A DNA stretch of 64,000 bases from Vicugna vicugna. Lineage: Eukaryota. A program made the position numbers and the translations under genes. Under the pieces are notes generated by a model. It was not told the DNA's origin, did no database searches, and worked only from the letters and a program-made list of their open reading frames with translations. This document shows positions 39,100 through 50,079 of the stretch, one piece after another (the first letter of the stretch is position 1; each line of letters opens with the position of its first letter). Location of the stretch: assembly GCA_013265495.1 (NCBI GenBank), contig MU058065.1, positions 1,449,527 through 1,513,526 on the forward strand, given 5' to 3'.

Positions 39100-40600
39100 A
39101 ACTTTGGGCAAAGGAGACTCCGAAAGCCTGGCTCGGGGGATGCTGCAGAGACCCCAGCAACCAGACCCTTTAGAAGCCTCTGACCCGTTTCCAAGGGTGG
39201 AAGGGCGAACGGAGCTCGGCCCGCGCCCATTCGCCAGCCCCGGAGAGTCGGGGCCAAACCAGCAAACGCAGCCAGAGCGCCAGCCTGGCGAGGAGCCTCC
39301 AAAGGGGGACGAGGGCCGTGGGCAGGCCCCGCCCGGAGCCCCGCGCCCTCCCCCGCCGCCTGCCGGTCCCCGGGGCGACGGGGACAGCCCCGGCCGGCCA
39401 GCTGAGCCCGGGGGCGGCGCGGGTTGGAGCCGCCCCGCGCGCGTCCCGCGGCCCCCGCTNNNNNNNNNNNNNNNNNNNNNNNNNNNNNNNNNNNNNNNNN
39501 NNNNNNNNNNNNNNNNNNNNNNNNNNNNNNNNNNNNNNNNNNNNNNNNNNNNNNNNNNNNNNNNNNNNNNNNNNNNNNNNNNNNNNNNNNNNNNNNNNNN
39601 NNNNNNNNNNNNNNNNNNNNNNNNNNNNNNNNNNNNNNNNNNNNNNNNNNNNNNNNNNNNNNNNNNNNNNNNNNNNNNNNNNNNNNNNNNNNNNNNNNNN
39701 NNNNNNNNNNNNNNNNNNNNNNNNNNNNNNNNNNNNNNNNNNNNNNNNNNNNNNNNNNNNNNNNNNNNNNNNNNNNNNNNNNNNNNNNNNNNNNNNNNNN
39801 NNNNNNNNNNNNNNNNNNNNNNNNNNNNNNNNNNNNNNNNNNNNNNNNNNNNNNNNNNNNNNNNNNNNNNNNNNNNNNNNNNNNNNNNNNNNNNNNNNNN
39901 NNNNNNNNNNNNNNNNNNNNNNNNNNNNNNNNNNNNNNNNNNNNNNNNNNNNNNNNNNNNNNNNNNNNNNNNNNNNNNNNNNNNNNNNNNNNNNNNNNNN
40001 NNNTTTGAGGACCGGGGACCCTCAGATACGAACAGCTGCGGGGGCAGCAGAAGCGCAGCGTGGAGAGGATGTGCCTGGGTTGGGGGCTGGGAGTTGGGAG
40101 TGGGTGGTGGTGAAGAGGTGACGGGAACGCAGCGCGAGTCACATGGGCGCTAGGCTGTGGGGTGCCAGAGACCTGAGGGGTGGGAGATTCTGCAGGTCCG
40201 CGCGTCCCCTTCACCCCGGGCCACTAGCGCGCAGGGGGAGAGGCTGTGATCCGAGGTCGTTGCCCAGGCTAAAGCTGGGAGCCCCACCTGAACGCTATCG
40301 CAGGAATAAATGTACTTCTCCCCCGTCTCCCTCCACGGGGTAAAAACCCACAAACCACTTAATAGGACTCTCGAAAGGTCTGAGAGAACCAGGCTGGGGG
40401 AGACGCAGGTCATTAATTATCCAATGGTTTCTGGTATTTTTCTAAGATGTTCGCGGGATTCTCCCGCCAAGATCGCTTCACTGGTTACTTCCTTACTGAA
40501 ACGCCTTCTAAGAGAGCTGGGTGATTTCCGCGGGAAATCCCTGCGGCAGCAGCCAGCCGCTCTCGTCTGGTGCCCGAATCATATCCATACCTCCCCAGAT
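39100..40600. promoter_or_regulatory. CpG island / probable promoter and first exon of a second, unidentified gene
   Basis: Abrupt rise in GC and CpG density on both sides of the gap, with GC boxes (ccccgccc ~39327, ccccgcc ~39351). Confidence 0.85.
39460..40003. other. Assembly gap (544 N)
   Basis: Run of N in the most GC-rich part of the island. Confidence 1.
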
Positions 40601-42579
40601 GTTCATAAGTTCCAGTAGGTGTCACACTCGGGGATGGAAGTGTTAGGAGGGAAAAAAAAAATCAATTCTGGTGGGAAAGGGAAGCGAGTGGGAACAGCCT
40701 TACAGCAAGACGTGGGCTCAGCACCGCAGCACTCTTGGCCTCTCTTTGCTGGACCGGAATCCCACGTTGTGGGTTTCATTTTCCTTTTTGCCAGGAAAAA
40801 TCACTAGGAATTAAACGGCTTCTTTTAAGAGTGTCAAAGAAAGTGTTACTCTTGCCAGTCACCCATCAGGAGGGAGCGAGGAGCTGCCCAGAGCCAGTTC
40901 CCACAGCCAGGACTTTTCTCTAAAGCCAGAGGTCGGAAAGTTGAACAGAACGGAAGCTAATTGCCTGGCAGAAGAAAGAGGCATCAGATGCCCAAGAGGG
41001 TGGGGGTGACTGCAGTGTGAAATGAGTCAGTGGCCAGGGTGCCTTGCCTTCTCTTTCACTTACCACTGGCTGCAGCCTGCAGTTACGCAGAGGAGATTCG
41101 ACTGCTAGCAGATCCTGTGCCAGGGGCTGGGGTGGTTCTGATAACAGCATGCACATTTTCAAGGCAGGAAGGATAAACTGTCAAAAAGAACATTTGAACA
41201 AAAGGTTCAATTCGAGTAAAAGCAGAGATAATGAAATCTTCAGGCATGCCTAGGGAATAAATTTGTACTTTGGGAAGATCATTCAGGATTGTGGGTTTGT
41301 CGTTCACTGCCATTTGCTTTGTGACAACTTTATTTTGCAGTTGATTCATTTTAGCAAATCTCAGTAATAATCTGGGAGAGAAGTGCAGAGAAGTAAGTAG
41401 CATTCAGTTGGAATAAATAGCCTTTAATGTTGTTTTTGATTTTTGTTTTCTTTTTGCCTGGGTTCTCCTACAGTTTCTGTAGCACTTGGATTTCTCTAAA
41501 GAATATGGATCCTAGATACCTTTGTATTCACACATACATTCCTTTCTCCAAATTTATGTCAGATTTGAAATCCTAGGGTATCTTGTCAAAATGAATAAGC
41601 TCAATGTCTTACAAAGAGGTGGGGGACGGGTGATTCACTGGCAAAGGTGTCCCTGCCTCCCTCCCCTCACTTCAGCACCTTGGCCAACACTCCTGAGCGA
41701 GCTTTTGCCAAGACACTTCATGGGATCTTACACATCTAGGCAGGCAGTTTGGGCAGCGATTTTGGCAGCAAGAAGTCCTGTGCTTGGCATTCCATCCTAT
41801 CAGTTAACTCTTAAAGGGAAGCAGGGAGGTGGTGAGTTCTCTGTGTTGGCACCCAAACTCAGTGGGATTCCATGGGGCAGAGCATCCCTTTTGAACCTAA
41901 ACCTTGTAATTGGACTGTGCAGTGAAGACTAAGCCTGGCTTACATCGATCCAGTTCTTTAAGACTCTTTATGTTTGTTGCTTCAAGTCCTCAAATCCTAG
42001 TTGTGAAGAGAGAACATTAATAGACTGGGGGAAGAAGATTATGGGCATCCCACATCGATACAGGCAAGTAGAATTGTGTATATTGGAGCAAGCTGCCATC
42101 TTTTGGAATTTATTTAGAGACACTAGAAGGTCCTGCTGAGAAAAACTGTCTCACTGCTAGATTCATACAGTGCCCTTTCTGAAACCACTCTTCAGGGGAC
42201 CAAAATCCTGCAGCGTGTTACAGAGAGATTGTTGTAGGTTCTGATTAGATTAACAAGAGGCTGTTATGAGAATGGATTAACAAGGTAGTTTTGGACTCTG
42301 AGAATTTATATATATAAATTTTACTGGTTACTTCCTTACTGAAATGCCTTCTAAGAGAGCTGAGTGATTGGATTATGAAGAACAGAGAACAAAGGGATGC
42401 AGAGTCAGGGCACTTACCAGGGGGCCAACTTTCAGGGCAGTTGCTGAGGAAGGTACAGATAGATTCCAAAGCAAACTTGATTTCAGTTTTAACCTAAGGC
42501 ACTGCAGGAGCTCACACGCAGGTCGACTCGTCATGAGGACTTACCTTACTCTGCATTCCTCTTAAGAACAATTATGAAG

Positions 42580-43212
42580 AATTGTTTGCACTCCAGAGTT
42601 CGTTGCAGCATTTTCCACAATAGCCAAGTGATGGAAACAACCTAAATGTCTGCCAAGGGATGAATGGATAAAGAAAATGTGATATATATATATATGTATA
42701 TGTGTATATATATATATGTATATGTATATATATATGTATTTTTTTTCCATTTTTTACATGTAATATTGCATTAAAATGGTTATATAATATTCCATTGTGT
42801 GTGTGTGCATACACACACACACACAAACATACACACACATATTAGTCACCCTTAAAAAAGAAGGAAATAGAAGGAAGTCCTGCCATTTGTGACAATGTGG
42901 AGGAACCCAGAGAACATTAGATTAAGTGGAATAAGTCAGACACAGAAAGACAAATACTGCATGAACTAACTCACATGTGGAATCTGAAATGGTAAAACTC
43001 ATGAGAGAGTAGTCAGAGAGAGTAGAATGGTGGTTGCTAGGGTAGGGTGGGGAGGGGCAGGGGAAATGAGATGTTCATCAAAGGGTACAGACTAGTCAGT
43101 TATGTCAGATGAATGAGTTCTGTAGATTCAATGTACAGCATGGTGACAATAGTTGAAAATGCTGTATTGTACACTTGAAATTTGCTAAGAGGATAGATCT
43201 TTAAATCTTCCC

Positions 43213-43254
<42 letters not shown>

Positions 43255-43400
43255 ATATAGTAACTATGTAGAGATAATGGATAAGTTACTGAACTTGATC
43301 TTTTCACAATGTATGCATACACCAAAACATCAAATTGTACTCCTTAAGCAAATACAATTTTTATATGTTGAAGCTATCTCAGTGAAGTTGTTGAAAGGTA
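42580..43400 (+). mobile_element. L1 3' end (L1MA9-like) with expanded internal microsatellites
   Basis: gttgcagcattttccacaatagccaag...ggaaacaacctaaatgtc...gaaagacaaatactgcatg...acttgaaatttgctaagagg...aaacatcaaattgtactccttaa. Confidence 0.9.
43214..43251. repeat. (AC)19 microsatellite
   Basis: Perfect dinucleotide run inside the L1 3' UTR. Confidence 0.95.
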
Positions 43401-45965
43401 AAAAGGAGTAATAACATTAAAGAAAGCCATACATTTTGGAAAGAGAACCATTTGCTCCTTTGTTATCCTAAATTTTTCTCGTAGAGAACAAATGAATCAC
43501 CGCTCATGCAAAGGTCAATCACAGAATCAAGTAAAGTTTAAGTAATTTCCTGACACCCCATTCATGACTGTCCCACAAAGCAGACTTCTCTAGAGCAGAA
43601 TCTCAGTTCAAGGATGATTAGGGACATTTCTTCCATGTTAGGACTTGAGTGTTTTATTAGTGTTTTGTTAATTATACCTACTTTGTTGGCCTCAAAGTTG
43701 TAATGCCACTGATGAGAGATTCTTTTTGGATAAGAAGCTCTTCTTTTAAAATGTATGAAGTTTATTTGTACTTTCACATGAATTAGTTCATTTGTATTAA
43801 GTTTCATTAAGCTCTTTTCCACATATGTGTTATATTTGATAGCATTTCAAAAGGAAAAACACTAAAAAATAGATAGATTACTTTCCTGCTAACACCACCT
43901 CAGATCTGTCTGTCTGTTGAGGGACAGGGAGTTTTACTGATGGAACATGATTGGCTGGGTCAGAGTAATGGAAGACTGAGTGACAGAGAGGGTGGGAACT
44001 AACTAGGGTCAGAGGATGGGAAGGAAGCACGGAGGTAGGCGGGGGTTCACCAAGCACCAAGTAAGCATTTGGTCAAGTTTTGCCTAAAGCCTTTTTATGT
44101 TTCCTAGATGGAAACATCCCAATTTATTTACATGCATTCTTTAGGACCTTTACTCTTTTGTTACTCCGGAATTCCTCTGCAACTCATGTTTGAATTGTAT
44201 CCAAATTCATTAACTTCTGTTGAAGAGGAAACATCCTGCCATAAGCTACTGTGCTTAATCAGTATGTTTTCTCCCTCCCTCCCCCGCCACCCAGAAGGGG
44301 TAAGTGGTGGAGAGGACAGTATTGACTGAGTCATCCTCCAGACTCTGTATCTTCGCCTTGATTTGATGTTTCCTAACTCCTTCTGTTCCCCAGGGATACT
44401 ACTTTTGATATTTTAGGGAACTTTGAATAAAGAAGCAGAACCTTTGACCGACTGAAGTTCTCCGGTTGAGAAGCAGGGAATATGTAAACATGTTTGCAAG
44501 GGTGGGAGGAATTCCTAGAAGGAAGAATTTCCACCCCTCTGAACTTTGTGATATTAAAATAGTTGAGAGGAGGAGGAGTTTGAGAGGAGGAGGAGTTTTG
44601 AGTGGGAGATAATAGAATTTCTGAAAAATCTTCTGCTGGGAGTAAGAGTCAGTAAAAAGAAAAAAAGAAAAAAAAAACCATGGGAAGTAATATTGAAAGA
44701 AAATGAAACACTTGTGCTGTCAGTGTCTAAAGTGAAAGCAACATGCAAAAAGAGGCCTGTTTGGCATTCCCAGCACCATCTTGTTTTGTTTCGTTTTGTT
44801 TTTTGACAGGGTTGTACATAACAAGGGTGTTTACACTTTAGCAGAAATCACAAGCTTCAGCAGAAATCCCGGTCCCACGCTTCTGTTTTCAAATGAGGAA
44901 AAGTCTCTTGCCTGGTGAAGAAGTCAACATAAACTTACTTTACAAGATTAAGGTTGAAGGCTGGTGACTGTATCAACTGAGGTTTTTGACTTCTCAAGGG
45001 CGTTGCAGAAATAACTTTGAAAACAAGTAGTAACCACAATGTAATCCAGAAAACTTCTACATGGGTCAAAAAATGAAAGAAAGAGTAAACATTCTTGTCT
45101 GTCTTTTTCTTCACCACCTTTTCCTCTAAGGCCTAGGATAGAAAAAGAGCAGTAATAAATGTATTATGATAAACCATTTGTTGAGAACAGACCAAGTGCC
45201 CGACAGAGTGCTAAAGTTTTTATTTAGTTCTCAGAGCAATCCTATGAGAAAGTTACTACTGTTACAAATTACAAGGTCATTGAGATTCATAGGATTAATA
45301 GCTTGCTCTGAGTTAAGTAACTGGGACTTCTTTTGCATCCTGAGTAGCAACCAGCAGAGGTTACTTTCTGGTTTTGTAACTGCTTCCAACAGCATCTCTA
45401 AATAGGAAGGCACGTTGCTGTTGCCTTCTGATGGGTGCCACTCTCTAAGGAAGCAGAACTCTGTCCTTCCCCCTGGCGTTTCAGAGCACCTGTGAATGTT
45501 TGCTTCAGTTTTCCACTGAAGTTAGAAACCACAGCAGAGGCTGTTCCAGGGACCAGGATTAGCAACTGACCCTCGCAGGGCAACTGGAGCTCGGTTGTTA
45601 ACTGCTTAAAATATAAACTTAATGCAGCGAGCTCCATGCTGTCTGTGCAGCAAAGCCATGAGCAAATAGTCAGAGGGTGGGGTTGCTTCTTCCCGAGACC
45701 ACTTCTCTTCTAGGACTGGCTGCTTCTCCATTCTCAGTCACCTCACCCACTCCAGCAAGTGCCTGAAATGTTCCAATGCATCGTGTGTCCTTGAGCACAT
45801 ACTTCCATTTGACTAGGTTGTGTTGAGAGTCTTTTCTCACACACTGTCTTATTCGAAGAAGTGATTCTAAGGGTCTTACAAAGATGCGTGTAAGACCACC
45901 ACAACAAAAAATACGGTAAGGAGGCAAAAAGCATTATTCGCAACAACAGCAAAACGCAATATTAG

Positions 45966-46489
45966 TGTTACCGAGTCCAAACTCGTCCTGCTCGCTGCAC
46001 AATAAGCCGGTAAATTGGGAGACGAGGTGTTGGGGCAAGGAATGGCGACTTTATTTGGATAGCTGGCAGACCAAGAAGATGGCAGACTTATGTCCTAGAG
46101 AATGATCTTACTCAAGTCAGAATTCAGGCTCCTTTTATACTAAAAAGGGAAGGAGGTGTGGTTGATTGTTGCAAACTTCTTGGTGTAGGAATTCTTTGTT
46201 CTTGCAGCTGGCCATGTGGGTCAGGTCATGGTGCCCCTGGGTAAAACCTCTAATAAAACAAATGTTATTTTCTATTCTGCAACTTGTTATCTTTATATGA
46301 GTGCAAAAGTGTTAATATCCTTAAAGGTCAGAGCCTTGGGAATAGGCTGTCCTGTGTATTTCAGGCTCTAGGCAACATTCTTTTACAAAAGGTGCAGAAC
46401 CAGCAAGACTACTCCCAGGAAACAGGGCACAGGGTTAAAGCCAAAGAAACATATCTAAGGTGGAGTCAGATTTGTTCTTTTCTATTACA
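45966..46489 (-). mobile_element. Solo LTR, ERV1-like
   Basis: ~524 bp bounded by TGTTA...TTACA. Antisense poly(A) signal (gactttattt ~46048) and TATA-like element (ccttttatac ~46131). Confidence 0.75.
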
Positions 46490-46721
46490 ATGGAGTACGA
46501 TCAGTAAATCAAAGGTATAGCCATTAAGTCTTAGAGTCTTGCTGAAGGTGCTTCCTAGGGGCCAATTCAAAGAGGAAATCATGATCAGCCACGAGATGAA
46601 GAGATCCATAAGATAAAAGAATTTGCTCTAGGCATGGTCAGCTTTAACTTGTATGCGGTCAGCTTTAACTCCAAAGACAAGACAGTTGTGTTTTGTATTT
46701 TTCACAAAGGGCAGCATAACG

Positions 46722-46890
46722 AAGTGATGGACCCTCATTCTTTTGAACGTGGTCCATGGCCCACTAACATTGGCATCACCTGGTCATTAGAACTGTGGAA
46801 TCTTTGGCCCTGCACCTGACCTACTGGATCAGAACATGCATTTTAACAAGATCCCTGTGATTCATAAGCACATTGAAATTTGAGAAACAC
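46722..46890. mobile_element. MER5A-like hAT DNA transposon remnant
   Basis: gtggtccatggccc...attggcatcacctgg...gacctactggatcagaacatgcattttaacaagatccc...cacattgaaatttgagaaacac. Confidence 0.8.
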
Positions 46891-49800
46891 ACACACCACA
46901 CACACAGCTATAATTTTCGTGGTATTTTTGCAGTCTGTTGTCAGGTAAAGGCAATTGTGTGAGGGGGTCTGGTATGGTGTGGATCTACTCTGCAACTCTT
47001 TGAAAGAGTCTCTGGAACCAAAGATAAATTTAGATGCAAACTGGACTGGTACATGGCTAAGTGACTTGAGGGAATTCCCTTATTTCGTTGTGTTAGGTTT
47101 CCTCCTCCATCTAGCACTTTAATTGTGGTGTGAACTTAAGTTAAACCTCGAGGTTAAGGAAAAATTCTGACACTTACGTGACAGAGTTGGGATCTGAATC
47201 TGCAGAAGTGCTCACCACGGTTACAGTCCTAAGATAAATTCCAGGGTGAGGCCGGTGTGGCCTCGCTTACCAGAGAATTTTAAAGCAGGATCTGCCCAAC
47301 TCAGGCAGGACACGCGGTGGTGAGTCCTGGCTGCTTTAGAAGACATGTGTTGCTATCATTTAGAAATCCTTAGTGATCTGAAAATAATTGGTTAGATTCA
47401 GAAAAGTCTGATTGCTGGAATCGGAAAATCATGAACTTTCCTTGAGTCTCAGGAAAAAGAAATAATTTTTCTTGTTCACATTTAAATGCCCTCAGGATGG
47501 GATTCCGTGGAGTCAAAGATCTTGATTTTGCCACGATTAATGGGGTCTGGGACCCCTTGGGTTGGCTGTCTCTGGCCAGCATCTTGGGCTAATCTTTCTT
47601 CTCCACGACTGTCCAAGTTGAATTCCCTTGTGCACTTTGTACAGTAGGGCCAGTTTGGGAGTTGGTGTAGGGAGTATCAGATCGTGTGAGTCTGGAGGCT
47701 GGAATTCTAACCCTGCCTCCGTGACCCTTTGCTTAACCGCTTCTCTTTGGAGTTTCGGTTTCTCGATTGGAGAAATTAGGGGATCCGTTGATTGGGTTCT
47801 TATGCTTGCCGTCTCTGTCCTGGAGTTCTCACTGTTTCTCCTGCTACAGTCGTCTCTGACCTGTCCCTGCGCTTCATTTTCCTCACAGCTCTTACCACAA
47901 TCTCAAATGATCTTTTTTACTTGTTTAATTTCTTATTTCTCTTTTCCAGCCTCTCTGCCTTCAAACAGAAGTGCCACTGAGAGATGGGAACTTGTCTGTT
48001 TCACTCCTCTTATGCTGTATTTACTACATGAAAATAAGGCAGAGGAGGCTGCCTTCCCACTGCAAATGAGTGCTCAAGGAAAGTCAGGAGAGTGGGCTGG
48101 GTGGACATCAGTGAGAGATCGTAGTGGAATTATGAGTTAAAAATTGCCAGGTTGCCAGCGGCTGCTAAGGAAGTTCCCTGACTTGTCTTCTTCTTGGTCT
48201 GCTCGGTACATGGTGGAAATGCAATTATATAGAAAAACGCTGAGCACATCCTCTGTGCCAGGTACTTTACTCAGGTATCTCTCTTAATCCTCATGACATC
48301 TGTATGGTGAAGGATACGCCTTCTATTCCTATTGTATAGACGAGGAGTGAGATGCTTGGAGATCGGGAAGATGCCCCAGATCAAATGAGTAGTAAATGAT
48401 GGATCCAGGAGCCATGTCCAGGCACTCTGACCCCAGGGTCTGTGTGCTCCCCGCTTACTCTCTTCCTTGGACCAGGTCCACCAGGCAGCCAGGCCTCATT
48501 AAACATGCTGTTAGCATCCTTGCGAGAGAGCAGACAGAGAAAAGGCAACCTCAGAGTCCTAGCCATAGGAAGAGGTTTGTAAAGAGTTTCTTAACAAGAG
48601 AAGAGTTGTGATTACTGTTTGCTCTGCTTAACAATTTTCCATTTATGACATCTCAGCAACGTGGGGTATGGGGACTGACGCCAACTTCGGACAGTCAGTG
48701 CTCAGTCCTTTCCCAAGAACAGGGCTGGCACGGAGCGGGTTAAGCTCTGCAAACAATGGCTCGTTCAGCTCTTGAAAGGGGCATCCTTTGATTCTTCTCC
48801 TTCTGTAGAAATAAATTTCTGGCACGATAAGCCTGGGGTAGTTGCACTGCAGCATTACATCTGCTACATTGTCTTTTGCAGCCTCGATTTTGATGTTTTT
48901 GTTTACAGAGGAGCGGGTTTTTTCCCCCCACTGAAGTGAGATTTGTTTGCCTCTTATCTTTCTCAGCAGCGTCAGTGGGCTGGAAAGAAATGCTTGTGTT
49001 TGCTGGACTCGACATGTTGACCTACATTAAATGATGCAGAAATAATAAAATTTAATGAACGTGACTGAGTTAGTGGCAATAGAGCAAAGCACTTGCCTTT
49101 GAAAACGTTAATATTTTGCAATTGGATTGAAGTGGGAATGTCTGCCTCTGAGAATAGCAGAATTAATGGACCCAAATTGTCAAAAGTTCCTTTAACTGTG
49201 CTGCTAAATGTGACAATAGTTTTTCTAATTCAATTTCAGCATACCTTGTCTCCTGACGTGTAGAATTGGGGAAGCTGGGCAGCTCTTTAAGTTAAACGCC
49301 CAAGTGGCAGAGTTTAACAATAGCATATGGAGGAGGGTCTATTTAAAAAGGTGACACCATTTATGATGACCACAATGAGCCTTTCTTCATATGATTGTGT
49401 TAGTAATTACCAATCTAAATGACTAATTAAGGCTGTCAGAATGACCTGTGACTTTTGATTTTCCCAATCACACATTTCCAGAAAAAGAACACGGGGCTGA
49501 ACATTTGACGTGGCAAACAAGCAAACAAAGAACTTAACAAGGTTTACTATTCAATGAAATATGATAAATTATTTTTGAAGACTCACCATTGGTTTGATTA
49601 GCTCTTAAATTTTCCTTTGTCACACTCTTCAGGAGAAAATGGGACTTGATTCTAGCTGAAAAAACTTCACAAAAAAGAAAGTCTTACTGGAGCTCAGTCA
49701 CTTTTTTGAAGAAGAAAGTTCAAATACGGAGAAATGATATTTAAAGTCATTTACTTTTATGTTTTTTACATTATTTATTTTAAAGTCAGATATTTTATTC

Positions 49801-50017
49801 AAAAGAGGGTTTTATTTTCAAATGAAAAGCGTTCCAGTTTGCTTTAAAGTATGCCTATATACATAGCTATAAAAGCACCCTGTACATGAAACTGCTGGTA
49901 ATAAACTTTATTGGCATACTAATATGCATCGATAAGATTTTTTCGGGACCTTTCTGAGTGCTAACAGGGAAGGTTCATTTATTAACTTAAGGTTTTTTGA
50001 AGTCAGAAGCCATTATG

Positions 50018-50079
50018 CACCAGCAATTGACACAACATTGTAAACTGACTATAACGCAATAAAAAAAAAAAAAGAAAAA
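50018..50079 (+). mobile_element. Ultra-short L1 3' tail insertion with TSD
   Basis: caccagcaattgacacaacattgtaaactgactataacgcaat plus poly(A). Perfect 11-bp TSD aagccattatg at 50007-50017 and 50080-50090. Confidence 0.9.

Noticed and set aside
39078..40214. Long ORFs of 194-378 aa across the CpG island
   Set aside because: They are long only because they read through 544 N; the real flanks are GC-rich, low-stop sequence with no recognisable protein.
47628..48140. 170-aa hydrophobic ORF
   Set aside because: Non-ATG start, overlaps MIR-like and pyrimidine-rich sequence, no recognisable domain or exon structure.
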